DNA of 64,000 nucleotides from Caldilineaceae bacterium (lineage in GTDB: Bacteria > Chloroflexota > Anaerolineae > Caldilineales > Caldilineaceae). Below are positions 62,727 through 64,000 of this stretch, piece after piece (within the stretch, counting starts at the first letter, position 1; each line of letters starts with the position of its first letter). The stretch covers positions 16,408-80,407 of the forward strand of contig DAOUHY010000265.1 of NCBI GenBank assembly GCA_034428435.1, read 5' to 3'. The position numbers and the translations under genes are program-made. The notes below the pieces were generated by a model. It ran no database searches. It was not told the origin of the DNA and worked only from the letters and a program-made list of their open reading frames with translations.

Positions 62727-64000
62727 ATGCCACTTGATGTAGCCCCGGTTGTTCGCTCATACGAGACCCAGCGAACGCTGAATCCACCGGGTATTCCCGC
62801 GCTGGCGCCGATGCCAACCGGAGAAACCGACGATACACGGCGGATTTGCGAACAGTTTGGGGAGGATATCGTTGCGGCCGGCCTGCACAACGGCAATCAG
62901 GTGGTATTGGTTGAGCCGGGGCAACTGAAGACGCTCGCCACGTTTTTGCGGGATGAACCTGATCTCCAGTATGAAACTCTGATAGATGTAACCAGCGTGG
63001 ACCGGTCCCGTCTACCTCTGGACGGCGAGGCACGCTTTCAGACGGTCTACCAGTTTCGCTCCTATTCCCGCGACCAGCACCTGACGGTCATTGCCGACTG
63101 TGGAACTGATCCGGGCGACAACGGCGAGATTCCGCACATTGACAGTTTGACCGGCGTGTACCGCGGGGCGGAGTGGCCGGAACGGGAAGTGTACGATCTG
63201 ATGGGTATCCGCTTCGACGGCCATCCGGATCTGCGGCGGATCCTCATGCCCAAGAATTGGCCCAACCACCCGCTGCAAAAGCAGGCGCCGCTAGGCGGGG
63301 AAGAGGTGCCCTTTACTTTCACGTGGGATGATCCTGAGTTTGAAACGCTTGGCTCCCAGATATTGCCGGCGGAAAGCACGGTTCCCGACCTGCCGCCGGG
63401 GATGAGCCGCCAGAACATGGTCATCAACATGGGGCCGCACCACCCCAGCACGCACGGCGTTCTTCGCCTGGTCGTGGAGATGGACGGCGAGCGCATCGTG
63501 AGCATTGACCCGGACCTGGGCTTTCTCCATTCCGGTTTCGAAAAGACGGGGGAAAACAAGCGCTATAAGGACTTTGTCTATTATACCGACCGGATGGACT
63601 ACCTGTCCGCGATGTCGAACAATCTGGGCTACTGCCTGACGATCGAGCATATGCTGGGGCTGGAGATTCCCGAGCGGGCCCAGGTGATCCGCGTGATCAT
63701 GGCGGAGATGCAAAGAATCGCCTCTCACCTGTTCTGGCTGGCGACGCACGTCCTGGATGTATCGGGCACCGGCATGAGCCTCCTGATGTACGCAACGCGC
63801 GAGCGGGAACGAATCCTGGACCTATTCGAGATGGCCTGTGGGGCCAGGCTTACAGTGAGCTATATTCGTATCGGCGGCGTTTGGCAGGATCTGCCGGACG
63901 CTTTTGTCTCTGAGCTGAAGGATTTCCTGCGGGTGATGCCGCAGAAGATCAGCGAGTACGAGGCGATGGTTACCGAGGCGCCGCTGTGGCAGGAGCGCCT
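62727..64000 (+). CDS. nuoCD: Fused NADH-quinone oxidoreductase subunit C/D (partial, continues past window end)
   Basis: A single open frame runs from the ATG at 62727 to the window end, so it is not in the track. The NuoC part has GAEWPEREVYDLMGIRFDGHPDLRRILMP. There is no stop, then the NuoD part has NMGPHHPSTHGVLRLVVEMDGE...DRMDY. Confidence 0.88.
   Translation, partial: MPLDVAPVVRSYETQRTLNPPGIPALAPMPTGETDDTRRICEQFGEDIVAAGLHNGNQVVLVEPGQLKTLATFLRDEPDLQYETLIDVTSVDRSRLPLDGEARFQTVYQFRSYSRDQHLTVIADCGTDPGDNGEIPHIDSLTGVYRGAEWPEREVYDLMGIRFDGHPDLRRILMPKNWPNHPLQKQAPLGGEEVPFTFTWDDPEFETLGSQILPAESTVPDLPPGMSRQNMVINMGPHHPSTHGVLRLVVEMDGERIVSIDPDLGFLHSGFEKTGENKRYKDFVYYTDRMDYLSAMSNNLGYCLTIEHMLGLEIPERAQVIRVIMAEMQRIASHLFWLATHVLDVSGTGMSLLMYATRERERILDLFEMACGARLTVSYIRIGGVWQDLPDAFVSELKDFLRVMPQKISEYEAMVTEAPLWQER

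Overview
This is a GC-rich, densely coding bacterial chromosomal segment that is mostly housekeeping. From left to right it contains:
- a partial HEPN-type gene, then ruvX, a large membrane protein and alaS
- a 3-gene ABC-2 transporter module
- a zinc-ribbon gene plus three tandem M42 peptidases, then mutY
- tig-clpP-clpX, a YdjM-like hydrolase, and mutL next to an orphan DNA methyltransferase
- a xanthine-dehydrogenase-family operon (FAD, 2Fe-2S and Moco subunits) with a coupled CysO/MoaD-like protein
- comEC, an AI-2E::HAD fusion, lepB, rpsO-pnp, queG and pdxST
- amt followed by two atypical PII paralogs
- a cupin/aldolase/amino-acid ABC cluster whose binding protein is an in-frame tandem duplication
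- a small AT-richer islet, an aldo-keto reductase, and two divergent complex I gene sets: a membrane-arm-only nuoA-H-J-K-x-L-M-N set on the minus strand, and nuoA-nuoB-nuoCD on the plus strand running off the window.

Gene content is reminiscent of Chloroflexota-type genomes, but taxonomy cannot be established from this window. I found no rRNA, tRNA, CRISPR array, transposase or integrase.

The strongest signal not explained by genes is a family of three same-orientation, about 440-460 bp non-coding elements (8197-8632, 36616-37079, 61042-61499).
- Each has imperfect terminal inverted repeats and 8-11 bp flanking direct duplications, so it looks like a MITE.
- Each carries an essentially invariant 73-nt GC-rich double-hairpin core.
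- Each lies 17-18 nt upstream of a sigma70-like -35 box of the downstream plus-strand gene.

Other items worth checking:
- an in-frame TAG at a conserved Glu codon of nuoB
- a nuoC-nuoD fusion
- an unknown gene inserted between nuoK and nuoL
- an odd amt-PII spacer
- several unusual domain architectures.

Everything here comes from reading the sequence and from recalled family motifs. No searches were run.
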